From IMG/VR virus record IMGVR_UViG_3300030019_000026: a stretch of 64,000 bases of DNA; one strand, given 5' to 3'. Both the position numbers and the translations under genes were made by a program. This document shows positions 1 to 11,061 of this stretch, one piece after another; the first letter of the stretch is position 1; every line of letters begins with the position of its first letter. Source of the stretch: a virus. The notes under the pieces are model-generated. The model saw only the letters and a program-made list of their open reading frames with translations. It was not told the origin of the DNA and made no database searches.

Positions 1-232
1 CAGACTTCACAAATAGAATTGATTTATTTAATTGAAAAAGTGCCTATTTTAGTTAATATATATTATTACTTTTATATATATTCTATTTAACAGACACCAC
101 CTTCAACCCTAGTCATAGAGCCATTCTTTTTTGATTTTATAACTTCTCACTCTTTTAATTTGTTTAATTGTATTTGTTTTAATATGTAAAATCCTTTTAT
201 TTCTTTATATTTTAATTTATTTTATAACTTTT

Positions 233-1474
233 TTAAGAAAATAGGTTATAAAAATTTTCATCTTCAAGCCATAATGTTAATAAGTTTCTCATTCTCTTTG
301 ATGGAATATAAATTGTAATAGGTTCATAACGTCTTATTCTGCTTCTCCATAGCCATTGTATTAATTCACTTAAAGCATATAAGTCTTGATTGATTGTAAT
401 GTCTTTAGACTTAAAGAACTGGTCTATAAAAGGCTGATTAAATATATTAATGCAATAAGCTAAATTATATCTTTCTACATAATCATTAGTTGCTCTTAGG
501 TTACAAGCAATAAATCCTTTTGTATATCCTTTTCCTTTTAACTTACTTTGTTGATCTTTAAAGGTTGTCCATAATACAGTATCACTTTTTGCTTTTAGTT
601 TATTGATAAAGAAATTTGTTATATTGCTTTTTAATTGTTTAACGCTTTCTTTGTTAGTATCATTTCTAAACCAACTATGACTTAAATTATAATATTCTTC
701 ACCTACTGCATTAAGTTTTTCATCATCCATAAACGTTATATTTTCTTTTAACTTATCCTTTACTTCTTTTTCAATAAGTTTGTAGTTGTCATCTTTAGAT
801 TTAATTACATATGTATTCAATTTATTTAGATTAGCATAATAGTATTCGTATTTGATACCATTCATTTGATAATAATAACATTGTTCCTGAGCTTCAAATA
901 AGTAAGTCAATATGTAAGCATCTTTAAAAGCTTTGAATATTTCAACTGGAAACATCCATATAAGTATTACATCTTTATAAACTATTATACTTTTGTTTAT
1001 TGCTAAGTATTTAATATTTTCAAAAGCTCCGGTATATTCTTTTTGTTCATTCCATATTAGATAATCATTTTCAATTTTTGCATAACCATCATTTATTATC
1101 ATGTTAACATCATTCTTACTTATATTACATTGCTCTATAACGTTAAATACTTCATCAAGGATTAATATATAATCATTACTTTTTAATAGTTCTACAGTCT
1201 GCATATTAGCTTTATGAAATAGTGCATGAGTACTTACAATATTTTTACCTTCTGATATTAATTTGTTTAAGTTGTCAAATTTGTTACCGTGTTGATTATA
1301 TTTAGGTTCTTGGAATCTTCTTGACTTACAATTCTTTTTAACTCTTTCAACTTCACTTAAAAACGGTGTAATATAAATATACTTATTGTTTGTTGTGTCA
1401 TGATTAATCATATTTATAATTGCACTTGTTTTTCCACTTCCCGGTATTGAATCTACTATCTTAATTCTACACAT
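233..1474 (-). CDS. SF2-like helicase / P-loop NTPase (recalls SPbeta YonV-type proteins)
   Basis: N-terminal Walker A DSIPGSGKT, YIYITPFLSEV motif Ia, ILILDEV Walker B, C-terminal ELIQWLWRSRIR motif VI-like. Confidence 0.65.
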   Translation of the reverse strand: MCRIKIVDSIPGSGKTSAIINMINHDTTNNKYIYITPFLSEVERVKKNCKSRRFQEPKYNQHGNKFDNLNKLISEGKNIVSTHALFHKANMQTVELLKSNDYILILDEVFNVIEQCNISKNDVNMIINDGYAKIENDYLIWNEQKEYTGAFENIKYLAINKSIIVYKDVILIWMFPVEIFKAFKDAYILTYLFEAQEQCYYYQMNGIKYEYYYANLNKLNTYVIKSKDDNYKLIEKEVKDKLKENITFMDDEKLNAVGEEYYNLSHSWFRNDTNKESVKQLKSNITNFFINKLKAKSDTVLWTTFKDQQSKLKGKGYTKGFIACNLRATNDYVERYNLAYCINIFNQPFIDQFFKSKDITINQDLYALSELIQWLWRSRIRRYEPITIYIPSKRMRNLLTLWLEDENFYNLFS

Positions 1475-1793
1475 TTGTTTTATTCTCCTTTTTAGTTATT
1501 ATTAAATGATTCCAATTGTCGTTAGTAACTTTTTTATATTCCATATTATAGCCTTCTAAATGATTTATAACTTCATGTATTTTATTACGGTTTAACTCTT
1601 CCCATAGTTGAGATTGTTCCTCCTTATTGAGTTCTACATTTAAATACTTTTCTATAATTGGTATATATTTTTCATATGTTTTTAACTTTTCTAAAGCAAT
1701 TATACATTGTATCTTAAACCTTGTTCCTTCTAATGCTTTAATTTGTAATTCTAATAAGTTAACTTGTTCTTGTAATTCATTAATATTAATCAT
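1467..1793 (-). CDS. Hypothetical phage protein
   Basis: 108-aa ORF with AGGAG SD, overlaps the start of the helicase gene. Confidence 0.6.
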   Translation of the reverse strand: MININELQEQVNLLELQIKALEGTRFKIQCIIALEKLKTYEKYIPIIEKYLNVELNKEEQSQLWEELNRNKIHEVINHLEGYNMEYKKVTNDNWNHLIITKKENKTNV

Positions 1794-1810
1794 TATATTT
1801 CTCCTTTCTT

Positions 1811-2200
1811 TTATATATTGAATGGTGTTTCTTTGTAATTATCTAGTACAATATTAATATATTTCTTATCTGCTGAATAAATAATGTCATAGTTTTCAAA
1901 ATATAAGTTATTCATTTCAAATACATTCTTATAATCTAATAATCCATCCTTAGATATCATTGATCTAACTGGATATATTACTAATTTGTCTAATGTCCAA
2001 TTTTGTGCTAACATGAATCTGAATCTTTTATTCTTCTTATCATAGTATAAAATATCTTGTGTCAATATATCTACTCCATATTGTAAAGGCATTTTGTCAG
2101 CAAATATAATATATTTTCCTTTCTTTAATTCACTAACTATATGTAATATACTTGTTAGTTGAGTCATTTTAATATTGTTGAATTCTTTAATTTTTATCAT
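1811..2200 (-). CDS. Hypothetical phage protein
   Basis: 129-aa ORF with AAGGAG SD, in the same leftward operon. Confidence 0.6.
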   Translation of the reverse strand: MIKIKEFNNIKMTQLTSILHIVSELKKGKYIIFADKMPLQYGVDILTQDILYYDKKNKRFRFMLAQNWTLDKLVIYPVRSMISKDGLLDYKNVFEMNNLYFENYDIIYSADKKYINIVLDNYKETPFNI

Positions 2201-2360
2201 TTTTCATTCTCCTTTTATTCTATTAATTTATTAATAATATTACTTTAAGAGTTACAACTCCAATATTTTTTGAAGCTATAACTCTTTATCTATATTAACC
2301 ACTTAAAGTGGATTGTACTATATTTATTTATATTAAATAGATTTTTAATTATTTAGCTGA

Positions 2361-2603
2361 TTAAAATTTAATTTCAATTGGTTTTAAGTCAGTTTCATTG
2401 AAAAAACCACCTGCTATTGAACCATCCTTAAATATAGTAAAATTCATCACACCTTTATGATATATACGTGGTATAGTCATAATTATATTGCCTATAGAAT
2501 TAATTTTGTAAGTGATTTTATTTAAGTCATACCCCTTATTTTCAGCTCTGTTTAATACTTTCTTAATTTGATTTTTAATTGATTCATTAATCATCTTAAT
2601 CAA
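2361..2603 (-). CDS. Hypothetical phage protein
   Basis: 80-aa ORF with AAGGA SD. Confidence 0.55.
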   Translation of the reverse strand: MIKMINESIKNQIKKVLNRAENKGYDLNKITYKINSIGNIIMTIPRIYHKGVMNFTIFKDGSIAGGFFNETDLKPIEIKF

Positions 2604-2644
2604 TTCCTTTCAACTGCCTTAACCTCTAAAACTAGTAGGTAGCT

Positions 2645-2899
2645 TTATTTTATATTTTCTATTACTTCTAGTTTTAATTCACTATTTAATAAATATTTTA
2701 CAGTCATTTCAAATGGATATGGACTACTTGAATCTTGAAATTTGATTTTATCTTCATTAACTTCTAACACTAAAGCTAATTTCTTAGTTTCGTCTTCTTG
2801 TAAATCTTCTTCATCTTCAAATTTTAAAAGTTCTTTTGTATAGTCTATTAAAACATTATCACCTTTTTGGATTTTGCTAATTAATTCTTTTTTATTCAT
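2645..2899 (-). CDS. Hypothetical phage protein
   Basis: 84-aa ORF with GAAAGGAAG SD. Confidence 0.55.
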   Translation of the reverse strand: MNKKELISKIQKGDNVLIDYTKELLKFEDEEDLQEDETKKLALVLEVNEDKIKFQDSSSPYPFEMTVKYLLNSELKLEVIENIK

Positions 2900-3021
2900 T
2901 TTAAAAACTTCCTTTCATTCCGTTAATTTGTTTATGTACTTCTTATCTCTTATATTATACTATATGGATATTGAAGTCAAGCTATTTATTTTTAGTTCTT
3001 TTAATTTGTTTTAATTATATA

Positions 3022-3273
3022 CTATTCACATACTCTATATAAAGTATTATCATTAAAGAATTCAATGTCCAATTCTTTTAATTCTTGTATTATAAAATAC
3101 TTTATATCCTCATTAACATTCCAGTTAAACAACTCACTAACATTATAATAGATTCCACCATTATAAGTTAATTGGTTTCTTATAGCTCTTGCAGTTGATT
3201 CAATATTGTTATTAAAGTTCTTATACTCTTCTTTAGTCATGTTATTATCTTTACAGTATTTTGCCATACTCAT
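3022..3273 (-). CDS. Hypothetical phage protein
   Basis: 83-aa ORF with AGAGG SD. Confidence 0.55.
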   Translation of the reverse strand: MSMAKYCKDNNMTKEEYKNFNNNIESTARAIRNQLTYNGGIYYNVSELFNWNVNEDIKYFIIQELKELDIEFFNDNTLYRVCE

Positions 3274-3679
3274 ACCATATAACCTCTTTTACTTCATGTT
3301 AATTTGTTTTAAGTTTGGTATTATTGTTAAGTTTCTAACCACTATCTTAACTGGCATTCGTATCTAATACCCTTGACACGCTTGTTTTATTTTATACTAG
3401 ACTATATAAGTTCACGTCTCGGACTCACCTCATATAACTCATTTTTGTTCGGTCTAGTAGGATAGCTTATTCTGGTCTCCTGTCCAGAAATGGTTTTTTC
3501 AGTTAAAACCGTTATTCTAAAAACTATAGCTTTTTTGTTTAAGAAAGCCTAAAACTGCTATGTAACTCTTACACACTTGAGAGATTATTTTTTACAAGTG
3601 GTTAACTTATATCTTGTCTACATCTATTATTATATATTAATTTGTTTATATCGTCAATACCTTTTTTATAGTTTTCTTA

Positions 3680-5340
3680 ATTTATTTAAAATATATTTTT
3701 GAACTTATTTAATATTTATTATAGTTACATTTATATAGTTTATTTGTATTATCTTTTATAATAGCTCTAATGGATTATATAAGCCGTTAAACTGGTTTTA
3801 TAATATAATTATATTAATACTCTATTAGTTCCAATATAATATAGCTATTAGAGTTTATATGACGTTATACTACTTTAGTTATGCAATTGTATTGTTATAT
3901 AGTTAGTTGGTTATATAATCTTATTCTATACTTATATCATTTGTAGTTCTTATATATGTTAGTATAGATTATAGATATATAGTTTCATTATATAGTATTG
4001 CTATAAGTTCTATTGTATTGTATAGTAGTTTACTATGTTGATGCATAAGAGTTCTAAAATGGTTTTATAATTGATCCTGATATATTAGTTACTTACTTAT
4101 AATATGTATTCATTCCAGTTAATATATATTAGACACTTATATAATATTGCATTGTTAGTTATTAATAAGTTATGCCTTATATAGTCTTTATGTTAGGTTA
4201 TAACGTTGTTAGTAATGCAATTATAAGTGTTAATATATAAGCGTTGTATGAGTTTGTTAGGATTGTTATAATAGATATTACTATAATACAATGGTATCAT
4301 ATTGTTATTACTGCTTTATATAGATAGTTATTCAATATAGTTTCTAGATGTTAGTTGCATTATGATATTCTTATTAGTTTATATAGTTTTATATGTGATA
4401 TACTATTTAATTATATATGTTATACTAATAGATTGAATATCGTTAATATTGTATACTTTATGTTAGTTATGGTTTGTTTAGTGTATACTATTGTAGTTGT
4501 GTATGATATATTAATGGCATTGTATTAGTGTTTATATTATACAGTTTGTTGTTGAATGTTTATATATGTTATACTTTATATGTATTGTGATATACTATAA
4601 GTGTTATAACAACCTCAGTTGCTTTAAAACGAAAAATAAACCAGTAAATTCAATAATAGTTCGTATTTTAAAAATCAGACCTTGACCAGTTCCCTATCGT
4701 ATGAGTAGATAAAAGATTGATTTTAAGAATAGATATGTAACATTTGATACAATATGAGCATGATAATATCTAACATAAATCAGTAATTATATGCAAACAA
4801 GTTATATATGTACTATATTAAATATACATTTAGTGAAGTTGGTTTGTAACCGTTTGTATGACTAGCTTTGCAGGTTTTAATGTGCTAAAAAGTGGTATTT
4901 TTATGGTTTAGTTGTGTGGTTTATTGGATATAATTGTGCTGGTTTGTATGCTTATAGGTATAGGGGGGCGTGTTTTACATTTTAGTGTTCATTTGCTGAA
5001 CGTAATAGTGCCACATCACATTATGTCGGATATGGAGGTTGGATTTTGACGATAGCATAAAAACACGAACATTAACCATTTTTAACATCGTTAAAGCAAT
5101 CGTCGAGGCTTGTCATACCAACATGTTGAACTATTTAAAAATTAAAAATTTGAACATATTATCTATTAGATAATCCTCGAACCAAGTCATACCAACCTAT
5201 AGAACGATACATACTAACAAACTTATAAATATAAGTAATCTTAAATACGCATTAACTACCCTTAACCTATTGATATCACAAGCCTAAGACCAATTATTTA
5301 CATACAATAAAAAGAGACGCACTACTTGTCCTTATCGTAC
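3680..5340. other. Long non-coding, compositionally skewed region (candidate packaging, terminus or other cis site)
   Basis: No ORF of 60 aa or more. The + strand is T/G-rich and C-poor to ~4980, then C/A-rich after ~5130. A G-run lies at 4963-4968, with clustered copies of a TATGACWAG-type box. Confidence 0.55.
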
Positions 5341-5365
5341 ATCTCTAATTTCCAATTTATATATT

Positions 5366-7048
5366 TTAATTTATTATAGAATCTAATTTTTTGTGCAATC
5401 CTTGAAACCCACATTTTAAATCATATGGATATATGTATAAATGTTTATACCCTACTTTCATCAATTCTCCATATTTTATATATTTCTTTTTCATTTTATC
5501 CATATAATACTGAACTCCCGTAGATTTACTAATATCACTATTATTATACATTCCCCAGTACTCTACAAGATACGTACCTTTATTTAAGCAAACTATCCAA
5601 TCTGGAGTCATTCCATTAATGATTATAGTATCTGGTCTATTTCGTTCATTATGTATTATATTACCCAATTTACTTCTTATCTGTTCATCTACTTGAGCTT
5701 CTTCTAAACTATCAAAGTTACTTCTATATGGATTTACATTAAAGTCCAATTCTATAAATTTATTAGGATAGCAATCATTAATCCAATCAAATAAAGTATT
5801 ATAACTTTTTTTCTTATATAAAGCGTAATATAAAGGGCTGGCATTTTGATGTAATGCTGACTTTGTAACATACAAAGGTATTTTATCTATCGGAATATTT
5901 AAATCTTTCTCTATATAATATTTCATATCAAAAATCATATTGCCTTTGTTTTTATAATAATTAGTTGACTTCAATATAAATTTATATCCTGCAAATTTAT
6001 TATTATAATATTTAACAATAAATTCTAAGGCTGTCCAATTACCACCAGTAAATTGAGCTAACTTTGCTCCCATTAGTAGTTTTTCATAATCTTTAAATGT
6101 TAATATATCATCAATATGTACATTATTTTCTTTAATGTATCTCTCAAATATATCTTTCCCCTCATCAAATGATAACTTGTCAATTGTATAATTAGGATAT
6201 GACCAAGGTCTATTTTTGCAATCATTATTGCTAATGAGTTTGTTCAATTTTATATTGTCAATTTTATAAAATTTAAAATTAAAGTAATTTGTTATATAAT
6301 CTTTATGTAATTGTTCCTTATTTATTAAATTATTATCATAATACCATTGTATTATTTTTAATTCATTATCAAGACTACCTTTAAATTCAAAAGATTTATT
6401 ATGGCAATATGTATTATAAAATTTTATTATGTCTTGTTTATATATATTAAATCCATCATTACCAAACGCTTTATAGATATTTCTAACATATGAGTTATTA
6501 CATATAATAGGATATGTACTAGTTTTGCAATTCTTACATCTATGAGTATAACCATCATCTACCCTATCATCTGGAAGAAAGAATTTATTATCTAAGGGAA
6601 ACTTTCTCTCACATTTAACACAAGTATACCATTTTATATCTTCATTAATATGTTCAGACATATATTCTTCAATACAGTATTTCATGTAATCATCATATTC
6701 AACTTTTCTAACTATATCATATTTATTCTCGCATCCAATATAATCACAAAATATATTATGTCTTTTTAATTTGTTAATATCCTTATTCTTATTTAATTTA
6801 CATTCACTCAAATATTTAATCCAACCATCTTTATTCATACAATTAGTCTCTTGTGGGCTTGTACCTTTAAAAGTATAATCAATAATATATCTTTTCACAT
6901 AATACTCGTGTTTATTTTTTAAAATAGTAGGATTATAACTTTTTAATAGAAATTGCTCTACTACATACTTAATCGGATACCATTTCTCACCTCCTTCCTC
7001 ACAATAAGGAATAATAACACCGTCTAACTCAATTTGCTTGTCCTTCAT
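5366..7048 (-). CDS. Putative free-standing endonuclease (Zn-finger plus C-terminal PD-(D/E)xK-like domain)
   Basis: CVKCERKFPL...CKNC Zn finger; C-terminal MTPDW...YLVEYWG nuclease-like motif. Own sigmaA-type promoter (TTGACA-17-TAATAT) near 7140-7170. Confidence 0.55.
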   Translation of the reverse strand: MKDKQIELDGVIIPYCEEGGEKWYPIKYVVEQFLLKSYNPTILKNKHEYYVKRYIIDYTFKGTSPQETNCMNKDGWIKYLSECKLNKNKDINKLKRHNIFCDYIGCENKYDIVRKVEYDDYMKYCIEEYMSEHINEDIKWYTCVKCERKFPLDNKFFLPDDRVDDGYTHRCKNCKTSTYPIICNNSYVRNIYKAFGNDGFNIYKQDIIKFYNTYCHNKSFEFKGSLDNELKIIQWYYDNNLINKEQLHKDYITNYFNFKFYKIDNIKLNKLISNNDCKNRPWSYPNYTIDKLSFDEGKDIFERYIKENNVHIDDILTFKDYEKLLMGAKLAQFTGGNWTALEFIVKYYNNKFAGYKFILKSTNYYKNKGNMIFDMKYYIEKDLNIPIDKIPLYVTKSALHQNASPLYYALYKKKSYNTLFDWINDCYPNKFIELDFNVNPYRSNFDSLEEAQVDEQIRSKLGNIIHNERNRPDTIIINGMTPDWIVCLNKGTYLVEYWGMYNNSDISKSTGVQYYMDKMKKKYIKYGELMKVGYKHLYIYPYDLKCGFQGLHKKLDSIIN

Positions 7049-7641
7049 TTAACCACTCTCTTTCTTTATTATTTATATTAATTTATTAAGTTGTAAAAAC
7101 CTTTTTTGAACAAATAGAAATCTTGTCCGTCTATTATATTACAACTTTTACCATAGTGTGTCAACTATTTATATTAATTTGTTTAAACGTACTAATTCAT
7201 CTAACATAAATCCATAAAAATTTCCAATATAAATTCTAATCACTCTCTCGTCAATTCTCCCACTTTAAATTTAAACGCAACTACTATTACCTAAAATTCA
7301 AAATACCCTACTTACATTCAATGTATAAGCCTGTCTAAATTCTATATTTCAAATAAATAATTCAAACAAAAAAGAAACCATCTCAAACTAATAAAAGTTA
7401 AAGACAGTTTCTTAATAAGGGTTAGTGGTTAATATATCTAAAATATTAAAAACAAAAAAGTAATTGAGAATAGTATAATCTACACACTTAAATTATATAC
7501 AATAACTCCAAGTATTACTATAAGAAAATAATACCATTTAGAATTAATATATGACGTATGACCGAGTCCAATATAGGGAGGGGTATATTTTAAAAATTAG
7601 AATCTAAGTACCTATATATACTACACTAGGTTATCATTTAT

Positions 7642-7815
7642 TTAGTATAATTCTAGTACATGATATTCATTATCTATTTCATAATTTTGAGTATGATACA
7701 AATTTTCAATTACTTGATTCATTTTATCTACATCGTCAATTTTAAATTCTTCATTTGGATAAGCTTTTTGAAAATCTCTTTTAAAAGCATCAAACATTAC
7801 TATACTACCACTCAT
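7642..7815 (-). CDS. Small hypothetical protein (57 aa, MSGSIVMFDAFKRDFQKAYPNEEF...), absent from the ORF track
   Basis: Translated by hand; GAAAGAAGG SD upstream of the ATG at 7815. Confidence 0.5.
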   Translation of the reverse strand: MSGSIVMFDAFKRDFQKAYPNEEFKIDDVDKMNQVIENLYHTQNYEIDNEYHVLELY

Positions 7816-7893
7816 ATAAAAACCTTCTTTCGTTTATGATATTGTTATCTTGTGTAATAAATTAATGTAATATTCAAGTTATTAAAAACTATT

Positions 7894-10206
7894 TTATCCT
7901 ATCTTTGATGGCAACTTAGTTATAAATTTAGCATATCCATCACTTGTCTTTATAAGATTTAAACTATGGTATCTTTTTAAACTCTCTAAATCTTCTAATT
8001 CATAAGGATCAAGCTCCTCTTTCATTTCATAATAATTTTCCTTAGTACATCCTGCAATTAGCATATAACTTGTATTTGCACTCTTTAATTCTGGTCTAAT
8101 ATATTTTATTTGCTCAAGTGAATGACAACTTATGATAGGTTTACATGTCTTCTTTGCTATTTGATTAAGCTTAGTTTTAAGGAATGTTTGAGTTGTAGGA
8201 ACTTGATATAATTCATCAAAGAATAAATTTACCTTAATTCTGTCTTCTTCCTTTATGATAGAATGACGTTGTTGTAATGCTCCCCAAATTTTATTCATCC
8301 AATAATTACAATATACATCACGCTCTTCATCAGTACTAAACATTGTCTCTGGCATTCTAAGACATATCAATTGTGGTTTTTGTATTTCTTTTATTAGATT
8401 AATATTATGACTACAATCCTGTTTTAACATTAATTCCATATAGGTATTGCTTTTAATAGTATCTAGTCGGTTTAATATGCCTTGAATAAATGAAATCTTA
8501 GTTCCAATTACTTCAGATGGATCAGCTTTAGTACCCCTACTTTTATCATCTAATTCTTGTAATGCCAAAATATATTCTTCTAAATTTTCTAATTGATTCT
8601 TTGGTATTTTGTTCACAAAATGTTCTCTAATTTTATAGTTTTCTAACACATTAAATACATCTTTAATACTACCTTTTTGAATAAATACAATTAATGATGA
8701 AGCCTTCAAATATCTATTCATTCTCGGTTCTAATTCACTATTAATATTAATAGAATTGATATAGCTTACCAATTGTGATGTTTGCATTTTAGCACTTTTA
8801 TATATTTCAAATTTATCATTACTATTAGTAAATAGTTCATTGAATCCTAAACCCTGTAGTTTATTGAAATCTGATAAATCAATATTTAAAATTTTATTTT
8901 TATCTATAATATTTGTAACATCCTGAGAAAATTCGCACTCTCCACAGAAATCAAATAATATAACGCATTCTCCTCCAATTATAGAATCTCTTGCTAAATT
9001 TTTTAATAAGTTAGTTTTTCCACTTCTAGTTGGTGCAATTATACATAAAGTTAAATTTCGGAAATCTTTATCCGTAGATATATAAGCTTTTTGAGGTATA
9101 CCCTTACAAATATTATCTCCTATACACATTATACCTTGTCTTAATTCCAAAGGAACTTCGGTTTCTGTATTTTCTATATGGTCAATTTTATAATCTTTTA
9201 ATAATGTATCTGCTGGTATTTGAATAAAGTTTTGACATTCATCACTACTACACATAGATATATCTGTTTTAAAATCGTAGTCTTCTATGTTTATATTATT
9301 TTTAACTTTTTTGTATACTAATTCATTATCTTCATCTAACACATGAAATGCTTGATTTACACTTAAAGCATTATTCTCTTGTCTAGTTCTATCAATACTT
9401 TCAGAGATAACTGCAATTTGAGTATTGATAATAGTAGCTTCCTTTTTAGATTTAGTTGCTTTAGATGTAGTAGTTTGTTCAGATAGAATAGACATAACTG
9501 ATTTATATAGACTTACATCTTTATCAGAAGTATTTCCTCCGGTAAAATCATTCAAGACATCTAGTACACAATCTAATGTGGTTAATACAGTTCCTATAAG
9601 TGTTTTTACTATAAATTCAAATGATGTAGCTTTTTTTTCTAATGGTTTACTATCTTTAACTTTTTGCTCCATATCTTCATATCGTTCTCTCCAACCAATT
9701 TGAGTTATGGGCATAAAATTATAAGCTATTCTCACCTTGTCCTGTTCCTGCATTATATCCATAACATTAATAATAGAGTTTAAAGGTTCATTACTTTTTT
9801 TATCAACAGTTAAAGATAAACAGTCATTTTTTTTGTAGCTAAGTGAGTAAGTGGAAGAATTTAATGAAAATGTTGGTATTTCTTCCACTTCTTTTACTGT
9901 AGATTTATTCCATATTTCTGTAATTTTTTCTAATATAATAGATTTATAAACCGTTGGTACTAGAAAATAAAAACTAGCATTATTTTTTACTATATCTACA
10001 ATATAACTTATTTTGAAATTAGTTTCTAAAAATATCTTTTTTTGTTCTCTATGCACTCTTTTATTTATTGCTTTGTAGGTATGGCTGATAGCTTTAGCTA
10101 TATTAGAACTATTGTAATTTCTAATACTCCTATGTGGCATTATTTGAATGTATGTGTAAGTCGGATTTATTAATTGAAAATAATTACTTAATTTCAAAAC
10201 TTCCAT
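7894..10206 (-). CDS. VirB4/HerA/FtsK-superfamily ATPase
   Basis: Walker A IAPTRSGKT, ILFDFCGE, Walker B LFFDELYQ; translationally coupled to two upstream membrane-protein genes. Confidence 0.75.
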   Translation of the reverse strand: MEVLKLSNYFQLINPTYTYIQIMPHRSIRNYNSSNIAKAISHTYKAINKRVHREQKKIFLETNFKISYIVDIVKNNASFYFLVPTVYKSIILEKITEIWNKSTVKEVEEIPTFSLNSSTYSLSYKKNDCLSLTVDKKSNEPLNSIINVMDIMQEQDKVRIAYNFMPITQIGWRERYEDMEQKVKDSKPLEKKATSFEFIVKTLIGTVLTTLDCVLDVLNDFTGGNTSDKDVSLYKSVMSILSEQTTTSKATKSKKEATIINTQIAVISESIDRTRQENNALSVNQAFHVLDEDNELVYKKVKNNINIEDYDFKTDISMCSSDECQNFIQIPADTLLKDYKIDHIENTETEVPLELRQGIMCIGDNICKGIPQKAYISTDKDFRNLTLCIIAPTRSGKTNLLKNLARDSIIGGECVILFDFCGECEFSQDVTNIIDKNKILNIDLSDFNKLQGLGFNELFTNSNDKFEIYKSAKMQTSQLVSYINSININSELEPRMNRYLKASSLIVFIQKGSIKDVFNVLENYKIREHFVNKIPKNQLENLEEYILALQELDDKSRGTKADPSEVIGTKISFIQGILNRLDTIKSNTYMELMLKQDCSHNINLIKEIQKPQLICLRMPETMFSTDEERDVYCNYWMNKIWGALQQRHSIIKEEDRIKVNLFFDELYQVPTTQTFLKTKLNQIAKKTCKPIISCHSLEQIKYIRPELKSANTSYMLIAGCTKENYYEMKEELDPYELEDLESLKRYHSLNLIKTSDGYAKFITKLPSKIG

Positions 10207-10403
10207 TATTTTATCCCCATTTTAATCGCTTGAGATAGTACATAAACAATAAAACTTATACTTGCAGTTCTTCCTGCTTTTTTAGAACCTGCCATGTAGA
10301 AAATTATTGCTATCATACAGACAAATAAACATATCCAGTAAGATGAACCTATTAGTCCCAAGGCTATATCCTTAAAAGTTGCAATTATTAAATCCTTTAT
10401 CAT
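10206..10403 (-). CDS. Small two-TM membrane protein (VirB3-like position)
   Basis: 65 aa with two hydrophobic segments; stop overlaps the ATPase start. Confidence 0.65.
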   Translation of the reverse strand: MIKDLIIATFKDIALGLIGSSYWICLFVCMIAIIFYMAGSKKAGRTASISFIVYVLSQAIKMGIK

Positions 10404-10404
10404 A

Positions 10405-10809
10405 TTAAAACGCTCCTTTCACTAAATCAAATAAATAAGGCATAAGGTATAAACTTGCATAAATCAATAGATATTTCATTATTATTTTTCCTATTTCAGC
10501 CGTATTATTTCCACCACGCATACCTGTTTTAATTATATCTGTTAACGCTGATATTAATGCTATCCAATAACCAACTTTTCTTATTATATTTAAAAATGTA
10601 TTCCCCAATGCATCAATAGATCCAAGGTCAACTGCAAAAACATAGGTTGGATTACTAATTATAAATAAAGTTGTTGCAATTCCAATTACTAATTGTTTTT
10701 CGAATTTTCTACTATCTTTTATTCCTAAGTTTTCTAATTTTATATCGATTGTAGTTTTGCCACCATACTTCCAATCTAAAAATTGAGTACGATTCATTAC
10801 TACTTCCAT
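10405..10809 (-). CDS. TrbC/VirB2 pilin-like membrane protein
   Basis: 134 aa; leader ending ...TYVFA followed by two hydrophobic helices; GGAGGA SD. Confidence 0.5.
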   Translation of the reverse strand: MEVVMNRTQFLDWKYGGKTTIDIKLENLGIKDSRKFEKQLVIGIATTLFIISNPTYVFAVDLGSIDALGNTFLNIIRKVGYWIALISALTDIIKTGMRGGNNTAEIGKIIMKYLLIYASLYLMPYLFDLVKGAF

Positions 10810-10881
10810 TAATAAATTCCTCCTGAATAATTATTTTGAATTTGGTTAGACTATAAATATTAAATTATAGGAGTTGATTTT

Positions 10882-10959
10882 ATGACAATACCATTTGCAA
10901 TTACATTAGGATATACTATCGCATACGGAGTTGCTTGTTTTGCAGTTTATTTTGGATAA
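10882..10959 (+). CDS. 25-aa hydrophobic peptide MTIPFAITLGYTIAYGVACFAVYFG
   Basis: AGGAG SD just upstream of the ATG; single TM-length ORF; hairpin at ~11036-11062 downstream. Confidence 0.5.
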   Translation: MTIPFAITLGYTIAYGVACFAVYFG

Positions 10960-11061
10960 TATTAAATTTTTGTAACAATTTACTTTTTATTTTCATATAC
11001 TTAGAGTGTACACGTACATTCGAAGTTATTTGGATAAAGTCTACTCATTGATGGGGTAGGC

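Noticed and set aside
3950-4620. Tandem repeat array or hidden gene in the TA-rich tract
   Set aside because: No stable repeat unit or long ORF could be found by eye; only compositional bias is supported.
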